From contig NC_043002.1 of NCBI RefSeq assembly GCF_006345805.1, forward strand, positions 80,724,001-80,788,000: 64,000 nucleotides of DNA. Direction: 5' to 3'. The notes under the pieces were generated by a model, which made no database searches, had not been told where the DNA came from, and was given only the letters and a program-made list of their open reading frames with translations. Source of the stretch: Octopus sinensis. Lineage: Eukaryota. The translations under genes and the position numbers were made by a program. Positions 25,646 through 39,149 of the stretch are shown in pieces (the first letter of the stretch is position 1; every line of letters starts with the position of its first letter).

Positions 25646-25687
25646 GAAATATTTATCTTGCTAAACTTCGCTAAGATAAATATTTCA

Positions 25688-25757
25688 ATTACCTGAAATT
25701 GACTGTAACCATAACTCGAATTATTACGAATTTTACAGCCATGAAACGATCGTAGTG
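25688..25757 (+). ncRNA. Mirror hammerhead copy with mutated core (CTGAAAT)
   Basis: Inverted copy of 25575-25645; GAAAC-GATC-GTA at 25743-25754. Confidence 0.5.
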
Positions 25758-25892
25758 TTTTACTCTTTATCTTCTATTAAACTTTTAATACTTTTGATAT
25801 ATATTTAAAATAATATAAATTAATTAATTTTATGTATTGGCTTATGTTTTTCATTGTTTGATTTGCCTAATAGTGGTTTTATCTCTAATTTA

Positions 25893-25966
<74 letters not shown>

Positions 25967-25969
25967 CAT

Positions 25970-26007
<38 letters not shown>

Positions 26008-26923
26008 TGATTGATAGATATAAATGTGTGTATATGTGTGGTAAACATTCTATAACCTAATAATGAGTTAACAGCTAATCCAATAAATCATCTACCCACT
26101 TAATTCTAAGCAAACTTATAAAAAATAAAGTAATACATTGATACGTATAGATACGTACATACATACATACGTACAAACATACATAAATACATACATACAT
26201 ACATACATATCCACTTATATACATGCATACATACATGCCTACAATAGGTATTATATACATACATTCATATATTTATACATATATGCATTCATACATGCCT
26301 GCATACCTAAAATTCTTATGCAGAAAGCGCAAATCAGAACAACTCAAATATATTTAAATATCACAAAGTTTTGCTATGGCTTGAATAGTATAAAATATGT
26401 AAATGTGTTCTGTTCTTTCGAGGTGCAGCAATAAAAGAGGGGAGTCTCCTGACAGATCATTTCACTATTCGTTGACCACTCTTCAGAGAATAGGCCGTTG
26501 GTTTCCTTCTCTAACAAGTAGCACAGAATATCAACTGTTTTAAGATTTCATTTATTAGGGTAGTGCAATACTGGGCAACCTAGTTTGCATATTTTTGTAT
26601 TTGATATCTCGACTGTAATTATATAATATCCATATTATGCCCAATATTTTCTAAATCAGAAAATCTATGTATGCTTATGTGTGTATTTGTTTGTGTTAAA
26701 TTAAGATGGTTTCATACACAGAATAATATTTATTGATAACAGACAGTGTGTTTCCATTTATTTCCCAAATTCTGTTGACCTCAAATTTAAGTTTCACCTG
26801 ACGCCTATTCTATCGGATCAATAACTTGGCAGATGGAACGTACAGTTCCGATCAACGTAAATTTAATAAAATGTAATATATAATATATATGAAAGTTTAT
26901 GCGTGAATGTGACTGAATATATA

Positions 26924-27151
26924 GGCGAGCTGGCAGAAACGTTAGCACGCCGGGCGAAATGCGTAGCCGTATTTCGTCTGCCGTTATGTTCTGAGTTCAA
27001 ATTCCGCCGAGGTCGGCTTTGCCTTTCATCCTTTCGGGGTCGATAAATTAAGTACCAGTTACGCACTGGAGTCGATGTAATCGACTTAATCCGTTTGTCT
27101 GTCTTTGTATATCCCCTCTGTGTTTAGCCCCTTTTGGGTAATAAAAAGAAA
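26924..27151 (+). mobile_element. Nin-domain SINE, full length
   Basis: GGCGAGCTGGCAGAAACGTTAGCACGCCGGGCG...TAATAAAAAGAAAT. Confidence 0.9.
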
Positions 27152-28199
27152 TATGTTCATATACATATTTATGTATTCGGCCACTCCTAGTGCTACTGTT
27201 GACATGTGGCTCGGTAGAGGCTGTCGTCGGTTTGGGCTGTCGGTGACTAAACCTGTAACCGTATCAAGCCTGTTTGGTAAGAAGTGTTGCTTTCTGTGGA
27301 AACCCTACAGCATGTAGAACAAAAGTTGTCATAGGGCGGAAGTTACTAGAATCAACGGCCATTCAATTGCTGGGAAGGAGACACACTTGCTTTGTTTCGA
27401 CATTTCCCTGAGAAAGGGAACACTGTTGTAACACCTGCGATTTCGTGTGTATCCAATGATATAAAGTAGTTCGTTTGGACAAATGCGCATGTTGTTGGGA
27501 TGGTAGGATTGGCCCAGCGTAAGGCCTCCTTTCACTTTGAAAAGCACAGGTATCACTTACTTTTAAAATATCTCTATTATGTGTTATATAATACTGCTGG
27601 CCGTAACCGAAAAAGACAGAACGTTCAATGAAAATTCCATGATAAAATGATAGCACGTTTCAGTGTGGGTAACAACTATTTCGGCAGCTGTTGCCGGAGG
27701 CGTCCGTCGTTGCCACTTATATGCAAGAGTGTGTAGGTCCGTAGTAACATTGAAAAAACACGATCCTACAGCTTTTGAAGAACAATGAAGTGATATGATT
27801 TCACCAAGTCGAGTTGCAATCATCATGTGTAAATAAGCGTTCACGTACACATACACATGCACATATGCATGTATGTATGTATGTATGTATGTATGTATGT
27901 ATGTATGTATGTATGTATGTATGTATGTATGTATGTATGCATGTATGTATGAATGTATGTATATGCATGCATGTATGCATATATATTTTACACACACACA
28001 TTTATATTAAAATCATAATGTATATTTATGTAAATGATTATATACAGATATAAGTAAAAATATAAATGAAAGGATGTAGACTTATATGTAAATGTGTGTG
28101 TGTGCGTGTGTGCATATGTTCGTGTGTATATGTGTGTCTGTGTCTGTGTCTGTGTGTGTAAATCCTCTCAAAAGGATTTGGTTGCCCCGGAGCTACTGC

Positions 28200-28520
28200 A
28201 GAAGTCATTTACCGAAAGTACCACGGAGTGGAACAGATCCTGGGACGGAGGTACGTGGCTGGGAACCAAACATCTTATCCTATCAAGCCGCGCTGTGCGT
28301 ATATGTATGTATAAATGCTCTTTTACTCTTTTACTTGTTTCAGTCATTTGACAGCGGCCATGCTGGAACACCGCCTTAAAAGGTTATTTTAATCGAAGAA
28401 ATCGACACCAGGACTTATCCTTTGTAAGCTTAGTACTTATTACATCGGTCTCATTTGCCGAACTATTAGGTTACAGGGACATAATCCCACCACCTTCGGT
28501 TGCGAAGCGATGGAGGTGGG
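28200..28520 (-). mobile_element. OR/CORE-type SINE pieces
   Basis: TTTTACTCTTTTACTTGTTTCAGTCATTTGAC tail, preceded by a diverged head fragment. Confidence 0.7.
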
Positions 28521-28675
28521 GAGAAACATGGAGAGAAAGGGACAATTCACAAACATAGGGACAATTCACAAACCACAAAAGACGAAGACAAGTGGTCTTT
28601 ACAACAAACAGATGTATTAGTTTAACGCTCGGGAAGCGAAAAAATCTTTAACGCTTCGAGCCTACGCTCTTCCAC

Positions 28676-28735
<60 letters not shown>

Positions 28736-28739
28736 TATC

Positions 28740-28985
28740 ACAGCTGCATCCTCGTTACACGAGAAAAGCCATCGCCAAGAAGACTTACTGAAATGATTCT
28801 TTATTGTTGCCATGTGATACCCTTATATGACTTTTAAGCTCGGCCAAGCTTTTACACATTTTATTACATATTAGACAACTGTGCTGGCTGGCAGGAGAAA
28901 CAGGTGCCACTATATATACTCTCTTCACATGTTTCTTAGACCTCCAACTGAGAGGCACACCCTTCCACATTTTATACACGTTCTG
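28740..28985 (-). mobile_element. RTE-type LINE extreme 3' end with C2H2 motif
   Basis: HSCLICNKMCKSLAELKSHIRVSH; the 3' end abuts the (CA)n/(TG)n tract. Confidence 0.6.
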
Positions 28986-29160
28986 TTATGGATTTGAATA
29001 GCCACATCATTGTTTACCATGGGTCGAATTCTATGAGAATTTTGATATATATAATGGGCTTCTTTCAGTTTAGTCTACCAAATCCACTCACAAACTCTAG
29101 CCTAAGGTGTCACGCAGTGCGGCTGAACCCACATCCATGCGGTTGGAGAGCAAGCTTCTT

Positions 29161-31260
29161 TATTTCATTATATTGATCATAAAGCCTTACACAGAGAAAG
29201 AAGCTGCGGGCTGAGCTTAGACATAATGTTATATGAAATGAAAATGAAAATGATCATTAATGGGGGAAAAAAGTGACGCCCGCCGATCGATTTTTCCTGA
29301 GAACATTGGTCTCTTGTATATTGTTCATGAGGCAACAACCCTCTACATTGTTCACAATATTCAATAACAAAATTCAATAAGGAAATGAGGCCCCAAGCCT
29401 CTTACCTTTCTTTCCAAACTCGGAACTTTCAATAACACGAGACTTTTCAACATCTTATCACTATTCCTCCTCAACATCGCTTGTGCCCGCATACTCCGCC
29501 ATCAATCACGCCTCATTCAAGATCAAAGCGGGTGCCGTGTCGGTGTCGCCCGGCCACAAGCGATATTCCTCATTGAATCCCTTCAGCCTATTCATCACGG
29601 GCAACATTATGACCTCCACAGCTATCTGCAGAGGTCATTTGGGATCCTGTGTGCAGGCTAAGGGTGCTCCGTTATGGTGCTTTTCCACCACCTTCTCTAC
29701 CTCTCCGCCTCTATAGAAGAAGACCAATAATTCGTCTTCCTCCGGGAGCGGGATATCCAATTCTACCGTTGGTGGCACAATTCTCGCCAACGGTGCCTCT
29801 TACCCTGCCGGTGGCACAACCCCTACCGATGAGGTTCCGGGACATTCCGGTATTACGTCACCGATTGCCGGCAATGTCCCGTTTTTCTTTTCAGCTGAGG
29901 GAGGGTGTGTCTCCTCTGTGACCGGGAGATTCACCTCCCCTCTCTCATTCCTAGGATCATTCGGTGAGCACCCATTGTTGCTCACCTTTCTCTCGCGGCC
30001 CTTCTTTGAGGAGCACTCTGCCTCCTCGGCAGCCTTCGTTCCCTGTTCTACAGCGGTCTCAACCAACTGTTCCAGGACTTTACTGGTATCTGCACCCGGC
30101 CATTTTCAAAAGAATCTGGAAAACCCAGATTCATGGCTGATAGGGTTCACAAGGTCAAAACAGCTTTTGACCCAACCCAATCATCTGCAGGAAGAATTTT
30201 CACATTGAGGAACTTGGCTCCGCTGCTACCCAGACCCCGGTAGATAGTCTCCTCTATCCACTCGGGGTTTATCCCGAGTGCCAACCCGCAGACCCAAGCT
30301 CTTATAAACCTTTTCCCACAATACGTGAGAAGAAACAAAATTCCTTTGCCCTCTAAGGGCTGGCTCGTAAATTTGCGAGTCTCTTCAGGGATGTCAAATA
30401 GCAACCACACCGTTGCGTATTTGACCCCACCCTGGAAATGAATTTAATAGTTGGCAGATACTTTGCCAACTCCTTTTCAATTACAGTCTTTTCAAATAGG
30501 GCGATGGTGTCGAGCGACCTGGAGTAGGTCCTCAGCACCACCGTCCTCTCTTCACGGTCTTTCAGCCACTGTTTAGGTGGTATAATTTCCCACTCCAAAA
30601 CATTGTCTTTTTTCCTTGCCATGTTTCCGGTTTTTTTTTTTGTAATAACAGTTAGAAAATAGTTCAAAATAAAACTTTAAAAGAGAGAAAAAAAAGAAAG
30701 AAATTAAAAAAGGTCACAATAAAATGGACGGAAAAAAAGGAAAACAATTCACGAAAAAAGAAATTCAAAAAAAGTTTAGAAGAACGTCAATAGTTCATAT
30801 ACACAGTAAAATAAATCTTCCGGCCACTAAGTACTCCCGGCCAAAGTCGAACCCGGAACACCACAACTGGAACACAACTTCCACAAAAACTTGTATACAA
30901 GTCGTTCAATCTTCGGAGGCAAAAACACTCCCCCAAAACAGCAAATTTCACAATTATTTTTAAAATTCACAAAAAGTGGACAAATTTTTAGGAGGCACGA
31001 TACACCCCCAAGCAACAATTCTCACAATTGAGAAAAAATATTCACTCCACTGCAGGCAGACTAGATTTTAGAATCCAGTGAGGATTTCTTGATTGTACAA
31101 AAATAATTACCGCAAACAACAAACCCCCGTTAGATCCAAAAAACAAGAGTCTTATCTTACAGCTGCGCTTCAAAATTCTTCAGTTCAAGACGGCTTCAAA
31201 AGCACGTCTTGACAGCTTCAGTTCCAATCACAAAACTGACTCGCACATGCGCAGTGGGGA
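29161..31260 (-). mobile_element. ORF1-only (internally deleted) L1/Tx1-like retroelement inserted in an OR-type SINE
   Basis: Frameshifted ORF1-like MARKKDNV...RTVVLRTYSR...LTYCGKRFIRAWVCGLALGINPEWIE; the 3' end reads AATGAAATAAA. An exact 12-bp duplication AGCAAGCTTCTT occurs at 29149-29160 and 31261-31272, with SINE sequence continuing on both sides. Confidence 0.65.
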
Positions 31261-31561
31261 AGCAAGCTTCTTACCACACAGGTACGCCGTGAAGACTAAT
31301 CAACAAAAATAATTGTTTCATTTTTATAGCCTTCATTTTGTGATACTAATTTTGTATTTCCTTCTATTCCTATTATGGTATGTATGTATGTATGTATGTA
31401 TGTATGTATGTTGTATGTATGTATATATGTATGTATGTATGTAGGTAGGTAGGTAGGTAGGTAGGTTGGTAGGTAGGTAGGTTCGTATGTAGGTAGTTAG
31501 GTAGATATATGTGTACAACGTAATGTACAAATCTATTTAGCCATTTATCTATCTATCTATA

Positions 31562-31618
<57 letters not shown>

Positions 31619-31759
31619 AAGTAGATGAATGAATTATCTTAGTATGGATAATTCGGTTAATCGATACCTGGGTAGCAAATTCACGTCAGTAAAACACGGT
31701 TGAAGTTACATGCCAAGGGCAGAACCCTGTGTTCGTGTGTGGACATTTGTGTTTTTTTT

Positions 31760-32131
31760 ATGAATAAATGAAAAGAATGGAGTCGAACGAAGATTTTAAC
31801 AAAGTTCGTTTACTTTCGACATATGTTTCGAAGACTGCATACTCCCCTTCCTATTTTTTAAAAAACTTCCTCCTTCCAACCAATTTTGACGTCATTGCTT
31901 ATAACGGATTATTTTAAATAAATACTCATTATCACTGTGGAAACCATGTAGGCAGTCATTAAGAAGCTTTTGTTCGTCTTGAGGCTGATAGAGGTTCCTT
32001 GTATTTCCTGATGAGAAGACGGCACAATGCAACCTTCATTCCTTCGGAATTAACAGTATGCAGTCTTCGAAACATGTCGAAAGTAAAGGAATTTTGTTAA
32101 AATCTTCGTTCGACTCCATTCTTTTCATTTA

Positions 32132-32136
<5 letters not shown>
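31760..32136. repeat. Inverted repeat (about 83-bp arms) with hammerhead, Penelope-type
   Basis: 31760-31843 mirrors 32055-32136. Confidence 0.85.
32004..32082 (+). ncRNA. Minimal type-I hammerhead ribozyme motif
   Basis: TTTC-CTGATGA(32008-32014)-GAAGAC...GTCTTC-GAAAC-AT-GTC-GAAA; the mirror arm preserves GAAAC-ATAT-GTC. Confidence 0.8.
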
Positions 32137-32191
<55 letters not shown>

Positions 32192-32192
32192 C

Positions 32193-32272
<80 letters not shown>

Positions 32273-32287
32273 CATCTATATATCTAT

Positions 32288-32318
<31 letters not shown>

Positions 32319-32608
32319 CCTATCTATCTGTGTGTTTATCTATCTATCTATCTGTCTGTCTAACTATCTATCTCTATTGACAGCTCCCTCTCTCTTTCTC
32401 TCGTTCTGTCTCCCTTTCTCTCTGTCTCTCTCTCAATGGTTAATGAAAGACGGAAGATATTTATATACGTATGTGAGAGTTACTGTGTTTGTGTATGTGT
32501 GTATGTACGTGTGTGTGTCTCTGTCTGTAATTTTTCTAAATTGAAGGATAAAAGCTGGGTAGATTAATATATAAATTGATAAATGGATAGACATACATAG
32601 AAAGAGGC

Positions 32609-32669
<61 letters not shown>

Positions 32670-33177
32670 TACTGACACTCTCAAATATATATATCTTTAT
32701 ACATGCATGCATACATACGTATATCGATATATGCATTCATATATGCATACATACATGCATTCATACATGCATACATACATACAAACATACATGCATACAT
32801 ACATACATACATACATACATACATACATGCATGCATGCATGCAACCTACATACTTGCGTCCATGCATGCATTCATACATACATACATGGATGAATGCATA
32901 CATACATGCATACATACGTGCATACATACATATTTATAAGTGTAGGAATAAGGAGAAAAATAGAGAAATAGATCATTAAATCATGGACAAAAATATAAAA
33001 TAAACTGCAGTAGTATTTGTTTCAGAAAGCAGTCGATTTATGGGTTGTGAAAGAGAGAGGGAGAGAGAGAGAGAGAGAGAGAAGAGAGAGGTAAACACTG
33101 ACCGAGAGAAAGAGAATGAGAGAAAAAGAATGAAAAAGAGTGAGAGAGAGAGAGAGAGAGGTGGGACCTGTGAATGA

Positions 33178-33570
33178 TATAAAAAGGCGGAGTGTGGTAG
33201 AGAGAGAGAGAGAGAAGGCTGGAGATGACAGAGGAGGAGGAGCAGAATTAAGAGAGGGGAAATATATGAAACAATAAAACTAATAAATAAGAAGTGTTGC
33301 AAGAAGTGTCCTTGTTATGATATTGCTAGTGTAAGAGAGTAATTTTAATTGTTTTATTCTATGGATGCATTTAATCAAGGATGTGTCGTTGAGTACGAGC
33401 TTCCGGTGATGGAGACAAGATGACGTTCGATCTCCACGTATGACGTCATTTATTGGTTTCGCCGTCGCTGCCACCACCACCACCACCACCACTGCCTCTT
33501 AGCTTCATTCGATGATCGTATGAGCTGATGCGAGTGAATACGGTGACACGGAATGACCCTGCTTGTAAAG
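33178..33570 (+). promoter_or_regulatory. Candidate promoter or enhancer (CRE, CCAAT, TATA-like) in unique CpG-containing sequence
   Basis: TATAAAAAGG 33178, TGACG 33421, palindromic ATGACGTCAT 33440-33449 and ATTGG 33452-33456, with GA-rich flanks. Confidence 0.35.
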
Positions 33571-33888
33571 TTTTTTGTTGTTGTTGTTGTTGTTGTTATT
33601 ATTGTTGTTGTTCATTTGTTTATTTTGTTATTTCTTCTTGCGTCTTTCTTGTATGAAGTGTTAGCACTGCGCCTGCGTGTTCAATGTGTACATGTATGTG
33701 TGTAGGTATGTATATGTGTAAATGTGTATGTGTATGTGTATGTGCGAATGTGTATGTGTGTATATATCTAGATATGTGAATGTGTATGTGTGTTTGTATA
33801 CATATGTGTGAATGAGTATGTGTGTGCATGTATATGCATGATTGTGTATGGGTGTATGTATGTATATGCGTGAATGTATATGTTTGAC

Positions 33889-33936
<48 letters not shown>

Positions 33937-34539
33937 TATATGTGAGTGTGTGCGTGTGTGTATGTGTGTGTGTATGTATGTCTGGGTATCTATTTGTGTA
34001 AATGTGTGCGTGTATTTGTGTGAAGTGGTTATGCTTGTGTATTTGTATTTGTACGCGAGTATATGCATACATCTGCGCGTGTATATATGTATGTGTCTCA
34101 CTTTCTTTTATTCGCGAAGGGAGATAAGTTTGTAACAATATAAAGAGAACAGTATATAAAAGAAAAAGGAAAAAAAATGTGAATGAAAGAAAGAAGGAAG
34201 GAAAGAATGAAGAGAGGAAGGAAATCAATATGGCATAGAAGTTTGAGATGTAAATATCCCTTTCAAGGTTTTTTTGTTTTGTTGTTTTTTTCTATTCTTT
34301 TTCGTCTCGTCACTTGCTTTAGATAAACCATTATTTCTATTCTTTTATGAATAACAATCTATGATTTATAGAAATGTCATGAAAGTTTACCATTTGGTGA
34401 ATGTATTTTCGTTAGTAGCACAGTAGATTCGAGGACAGATTACACACACATGCATGCACACAGTTACACATATTTTATAGGCTACAGCAAAGCCGCCGCT
34501 AGCAAGCGAGTATGACTCTGTAACATATATTGTTTGTTT

Positions 34540-34820
34540 CTTCTCGAGCGATGCCTGGCTCATAAGGGCCGATTTCCCTGTTTCCTTGGCGTATAGGTTC
34601 CCCACCTGGACTGGACGCCGGTCTGTCGCAGGTGAGCTGAAAGATGCAGGAGGAAAGAGTGAGAGAAAGTTGTGGCGATAGGGTCAGCATAAGTTCGCTA
34701 TTACCTTCTGCCGGAGCCGCGTGAAGCTTAGGTGTTTCGCTCATAAACACACACATCGCCCGGTCTGAGATTCGAACCCGCGAGTCCACTGCTCTGACCA
34801 CTGGGCTATGTGCCTCCACT
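34540..34820 (-). mobile_element. tRNA-derived SINE with Meta/V-like central domain
   Basis: Head GTGGAGGCACATAGCCCAGTGGTCAGAGC...GGTTCGAATCTC; domain CCTGCGACAGACCGGCGTCCAGTCCAGG. Confidence 0.7.
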
Positions 34821-34974
34821 GTAACATATATACTTTCCGGTAATTGTTTTAGATGCACATGTAGCTGCGGGTTTACATATACACAGTTACCTTTCTCTTA
34901 ACATTGATCAAGGGAAATATTCAGGATGTGACAGTGAGAGGAAAAATAGCTACTCCGACACTTGACTATCCAAT

Positions 34975-35552
34975 CCCCATTTCGGTCGAGCAGAGAGTAT
35001 TATACAAACTGTCATCATTCCAAAGTTGATAAATTAAAGTACCAGACAAATACTGAGTTCTCTCTCCACAAATCTTAAGCTTTGCGTTTAGATTGATTTC
35101 AAACTTTGGCACAAGGCCAGTAACTTCAGGGAAAGCGGTAAGTCCATTACATTGACCCCCACTGTCCAAATGGTACTTATTTTATCGACTCTGAAAAGAT
35201 TAAAGCAAAGTGGGACCCAGCGGCATTTGAAAACAAAATGTAAAGATAGACGTAATGCCCCTAAGCATTTTCCCCGGCGTGCTAACGATACTGCCCGCTC
35301 GCAGCCTTTCGTTGCGTTTATATTAGGAACGATTTAGCGCGAGTTGAGCGGCAGAATCCTCAGATAGAATGTCATGTGGTATTTTTCTGGCTCTTACATT
35401 CTGATTTTGAATCCCATCGAGGTGAGTGTTGACTTCCATCCATCCAGGTCTATAAAATAAAGTACCAGTCAATCAAACAAGCTCTGGCTTGATATCGTCG
35501 ACTACTCCTCACCTCTGTTTCTCTGTTTCCATGACTTGTGTCTGTGTTAGAA
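34975..35552. mobile_element. Cluster of three diverged Nin-SINE copies in alternating orientation
   Basis: Plus about 34975-35105, minus about 35105-35305, plus about 35340-35552. Confidence 0.65.
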
Positions 35553-37994
35553 ACAATTATTATAAACCTACAAAATGTTTTGTGTAATTAGTTCAGGCTG
35601 TTAAACCTTAAGTTGAAATTTCACCGTGAAATAGAATGGGTTAATCTTCTCATTCAGCTGCTGTAAAAGAAAAGAGAACGAATTCAAAAGTGTTTGTATT
35701 CTGAAAAAGGTCTGTGAAGAGTAGTTAGAACGTAATAGATTTATTATATAAATGGTGGGAGTAAGGAAGAGAAATGCATCGGCGTGGGGGGTCTATAGCA
35801 GGGGGCCAAAAAGACTAGAGGAGCCGAAGCACATCAGTAGAACATTGATAACAGAATCGTCAATCCATTGACGTTTTACTTTTTTTTATTTTCCCTCCGT
35901 CATCGTTCTGATATGGTATACAATATAATGTAATGATGTACAGTATCAGCGTCATTTTAGATACTGGGTCAGTACACCAATGTAAGCCTCATTTGAACCT
36001 TGGGTCACCCTACCAATTCAGACCTCATTTGAACCTTGATATGAAGCTTGTTCAAGCTAAATCTGGAGTAGAAGTTGACAACACATTTTCCAAGAATTCT
36101 GGTTGGTAACTAATATTGTTGTATTTAATAGGTCCGGTTTATACGTACTGAATTCGTTTGATTTCCGATACAAAGTCCAAGGTCCATTGAAGTGGTTGAT
36201 AAAATTATTATTAGTAATGCAGTAGGGTCAAATCCTTTGAGTACACCAACTCTCTTCCTTTCAATAACAAGTCACACTGCTAAGAAAAATGCTATTATCA
36301 TTAACCCATTTTTAATCCACCAGTCGTTTCATTATCGACCCAAACGTGCATTGTGATATAGTAACGTTATAATTCGTGTTGCTTATCGGCATAGCAATTC
36401 GTATTGCATATAAGCCGATTAAGTTAAAAGGCATACATTGAACGAGATCCTTCAGCTAGTCAGCTAGTAATTTTCATTTGCTTTAGGGCATAGCTTACTC
36501 GACTTGAAAGGGTTAAACGACAAAGGAATCTTCCATTGAATGACTTCATGAATAATTTATTCGATCATTGACTAACTTCTAAAGATACTATCAGCGAATG
36601 AACGTTTGTTGAGAATTCTCTCGTCCAATCAATAGTATACAGTTACTATGCCACTGTCTCCATGTCATCTTAACGGCATTTATTAAATTCCTGCTAGCTT
36701 TCTATTTTTGCTTGGGTTTTGCTACCATAACTTAAGAAGTCTTTGGTAAATCGTTTAGAATATGTCTAGATAATAGATGAATGAATGAATCAATGAATGA
36801 TGATGACGACGACGACAATGATGATGACGATTTCTTTTATCAGTTCTTTTATTATATATGTATTACAGAAGTTACAAAAGAAATCATTGCAATAGAATGC
36901 AAATAAATAATAAAAAAAACAATCACCGAACATGATCGATATTTCTTTAACTGTTCCTGAACGTGTTTGAAGAGGCAAAAATAAAAAAAAAGGCGTGAGG
37001 CTCAATATAGTGGGTGTTTAACCCTACTGAGCGAAAAATACAAGGTGGGTCCTTGGTCATGATTGATTTGATTCTGCGTTGGTGTAACTTGACTTATATC
37101 AAAAGAAATCTTGAGAACAACAATATAAATCCTATTTGAGCCAAGTTGAACGACATCCAACATGAATATTTTTCTACTTTGGTACATAGATATACTTCTT
37201 ATTTGCATTTATTTATATATAAATCAGCTATAGGCAAACTAATACCCGAAGGACTTTTTGAACTGCACGCTTAACGAAAAATTACCTTAAAAGTTTTGCA
37301 GTGCGACCCATCTAATGAGGTACCATATCTCATGCAACTCAGGTCTTGAAAAAGTTGTCCAATGCTGGAACAAGTTATCACTCGAAATATTCTAGATGAG
37401 CAGAAAATGTTAGCAAAAATGCTTGAATTTAATTTAGCATGAACGGTGTATACTAAGTCTATTCTTATTTAAGAGATTTGTTTCTTATCAGCCCAACTCA
37501 CTTCACTGTGTAAACATCCCTCAAGATGTAGTAGTAATCATACTTCAGTGAGTAGTACAAATACTTTCGTTTCTGTCTTGATATATAAGCCTTTGTCACA
37601 CCTTCTATCCATGTGCATTGTTTTCAATAAACAGAATAAAAGAAGATAAGATTAATCACATAATCTCATCAAGCTGATCAGGGCCTTCAGGATATGAAAT
37701 GCTTTAATATCTGTATACATATCCCGCATTCTAACATATGATAAACACCTAGAAACTCAAAAGACATGCAACAAATTTCACATAATTATACTTAAAAAAT
37801 GCTCCGTTCGCTTACAAAAAGGAAGAACACATAGACTATGCCCAAAATTTCAAAGTATTGGACGCATTTTCGCACGTATGAACATAATGCAGTTTGAATA
37901 GAAACTTATCAGCAAGACAATAATAAATAGTATTATCATCATCATTATTATCAATATTATAATGGTATTATTATATTATATTATATAAGGTATT

Positions 37995-38200
37995 GAGCTG
38001 GCAGAAAGGTCAGGACGCTGGGCGAAATGCTTAGGGGTATTTCGTCCGTCTTTACCTTCTGAGTTCAAATTCCGCCGAGTTCGACTTTGCCTTTCATCCT
38101 TTGGGGGCCGATAAATTACGTACTAGTTGCGTACTGGGGTCGATCTAATCAATGGCTCCCTCCCCAAAAGTGTCGGGCCTTGTGCCTAGAATAGAAAAGA
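37995..38200 (+). mobile_element. Nin-domain SINE
   Basis: GAGCTGGCAGAAAG...GAGTTCAAATTCCGCC...CCTTGTGCCTAGAATAGAAAAGA. Confidence 0.85.
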
Positions 38201-38547
38201 ATATTATTACAATATGATGTTAATTTTTCCTTGACCCCTCAAGTGTCCTCAGTAACGCCAGGATCCAACAGTGCGTTAGTTGTTATCGATATGCACGAAA
38301 CCAGCAGTTTCCCTTGCTGTCTTTTTGCATCCTTTTTACACCTGGTAATAGATTTCCCTTCTTCAGAAAGTTATAAATTTCATGTGCTATGAGGTCATTT
38401 CATAATTTCCAAGGAAATGGTGAGGTTCTAATTATTGACTTCCATTTTGTATTCCTTTGTTCCTTTAATACTCATCGATGTTGTTTCATTTTTTCTATGC
38501 AGTCAGCAAAGGATGTGCTTGTTTATGGGATCTTTAAAATCATTTGT

Positions 38548-38765
38548 CTTTTACTCGTTTCTGTCATTTGACTGCGGCCTTGCTGGGGCACTGCCTTAAA
38601 GAATTTTTAGTCGAATGAATTGACCCCAGTACTTTCATTCTATCGATCTCTTTTTACCGAACCACAAACTTTCGGGAACGTAAACATACCAACACCGGCT
38701 GTCAAGCAGTGGTGGTGACAAACACAGACAAACACACGCGCAAACGCACACACGCACTCTCCTCG

Positions 38766-38822
<57 letters not shown>

Positions 38823-39035
38823 TATATAAATCTTTGAATCTTGAAATTGTTTCAGCTTCAAAGCTGCCGTTATGCTAGGGCACCGCCGTTATATATACAA
38901 CAGGTTTCTTTCAGGTTCCGTCACGCAAATCTTCTCAGAAGGATTTGGTCGGCCTGAGGCTAGAGTAGATGATACTCGCCCCAGATGCCACGCAGTAGAA
39001 CTGAACGCAGAACCATGTGGTTGGGAAGCACACTG
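38548..39035 (-). mobile_element. OR/CORE-type SINE with expanded internal microsatellite
   Basis: Tail at 38548-38740 and head at 38900-39035, homologous to 54232-54643. Confidence 0.8.
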
Positions 39036-39149
39036 CCACCCCGGCGCATTTGGAGAATCTTTGAACATCATCTGGTTCAGATGCTTTTCTACATGGTACT
39101 TTTTAAAGCACCTTTTTTCACTTTCCCACCGGTTATATTTATATTCTCT

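Larger units (their letters stand above)
25431..25901. repeat. Near-perfect palindrome, about 229-bp arms with 13-nt spacer, one hammerhead motif per arm
   Basis: Arms at 25431-25659 and 25673-25901; (TA)n on both sides of the block. Confidence 0.92.

Noticed and set aside
27200-27560. Minus-strand DSSNFRPMT motif suggesting a non-LTR RT
   Set aside because: A single short motif; the surrounding translation is not recognisable.
28640-28680. GAGC-GTAG-GCTC-GAAG half hammerhead on the minus strand
   Set aside because: The 5' core is truncated by (TA)n and GAAA is mutated.
36301-36516. TTAA-CCC...GGG-TTAA piggyBac-like MITE
   Set aside because: TIR match beyond the terminal bases is poor.
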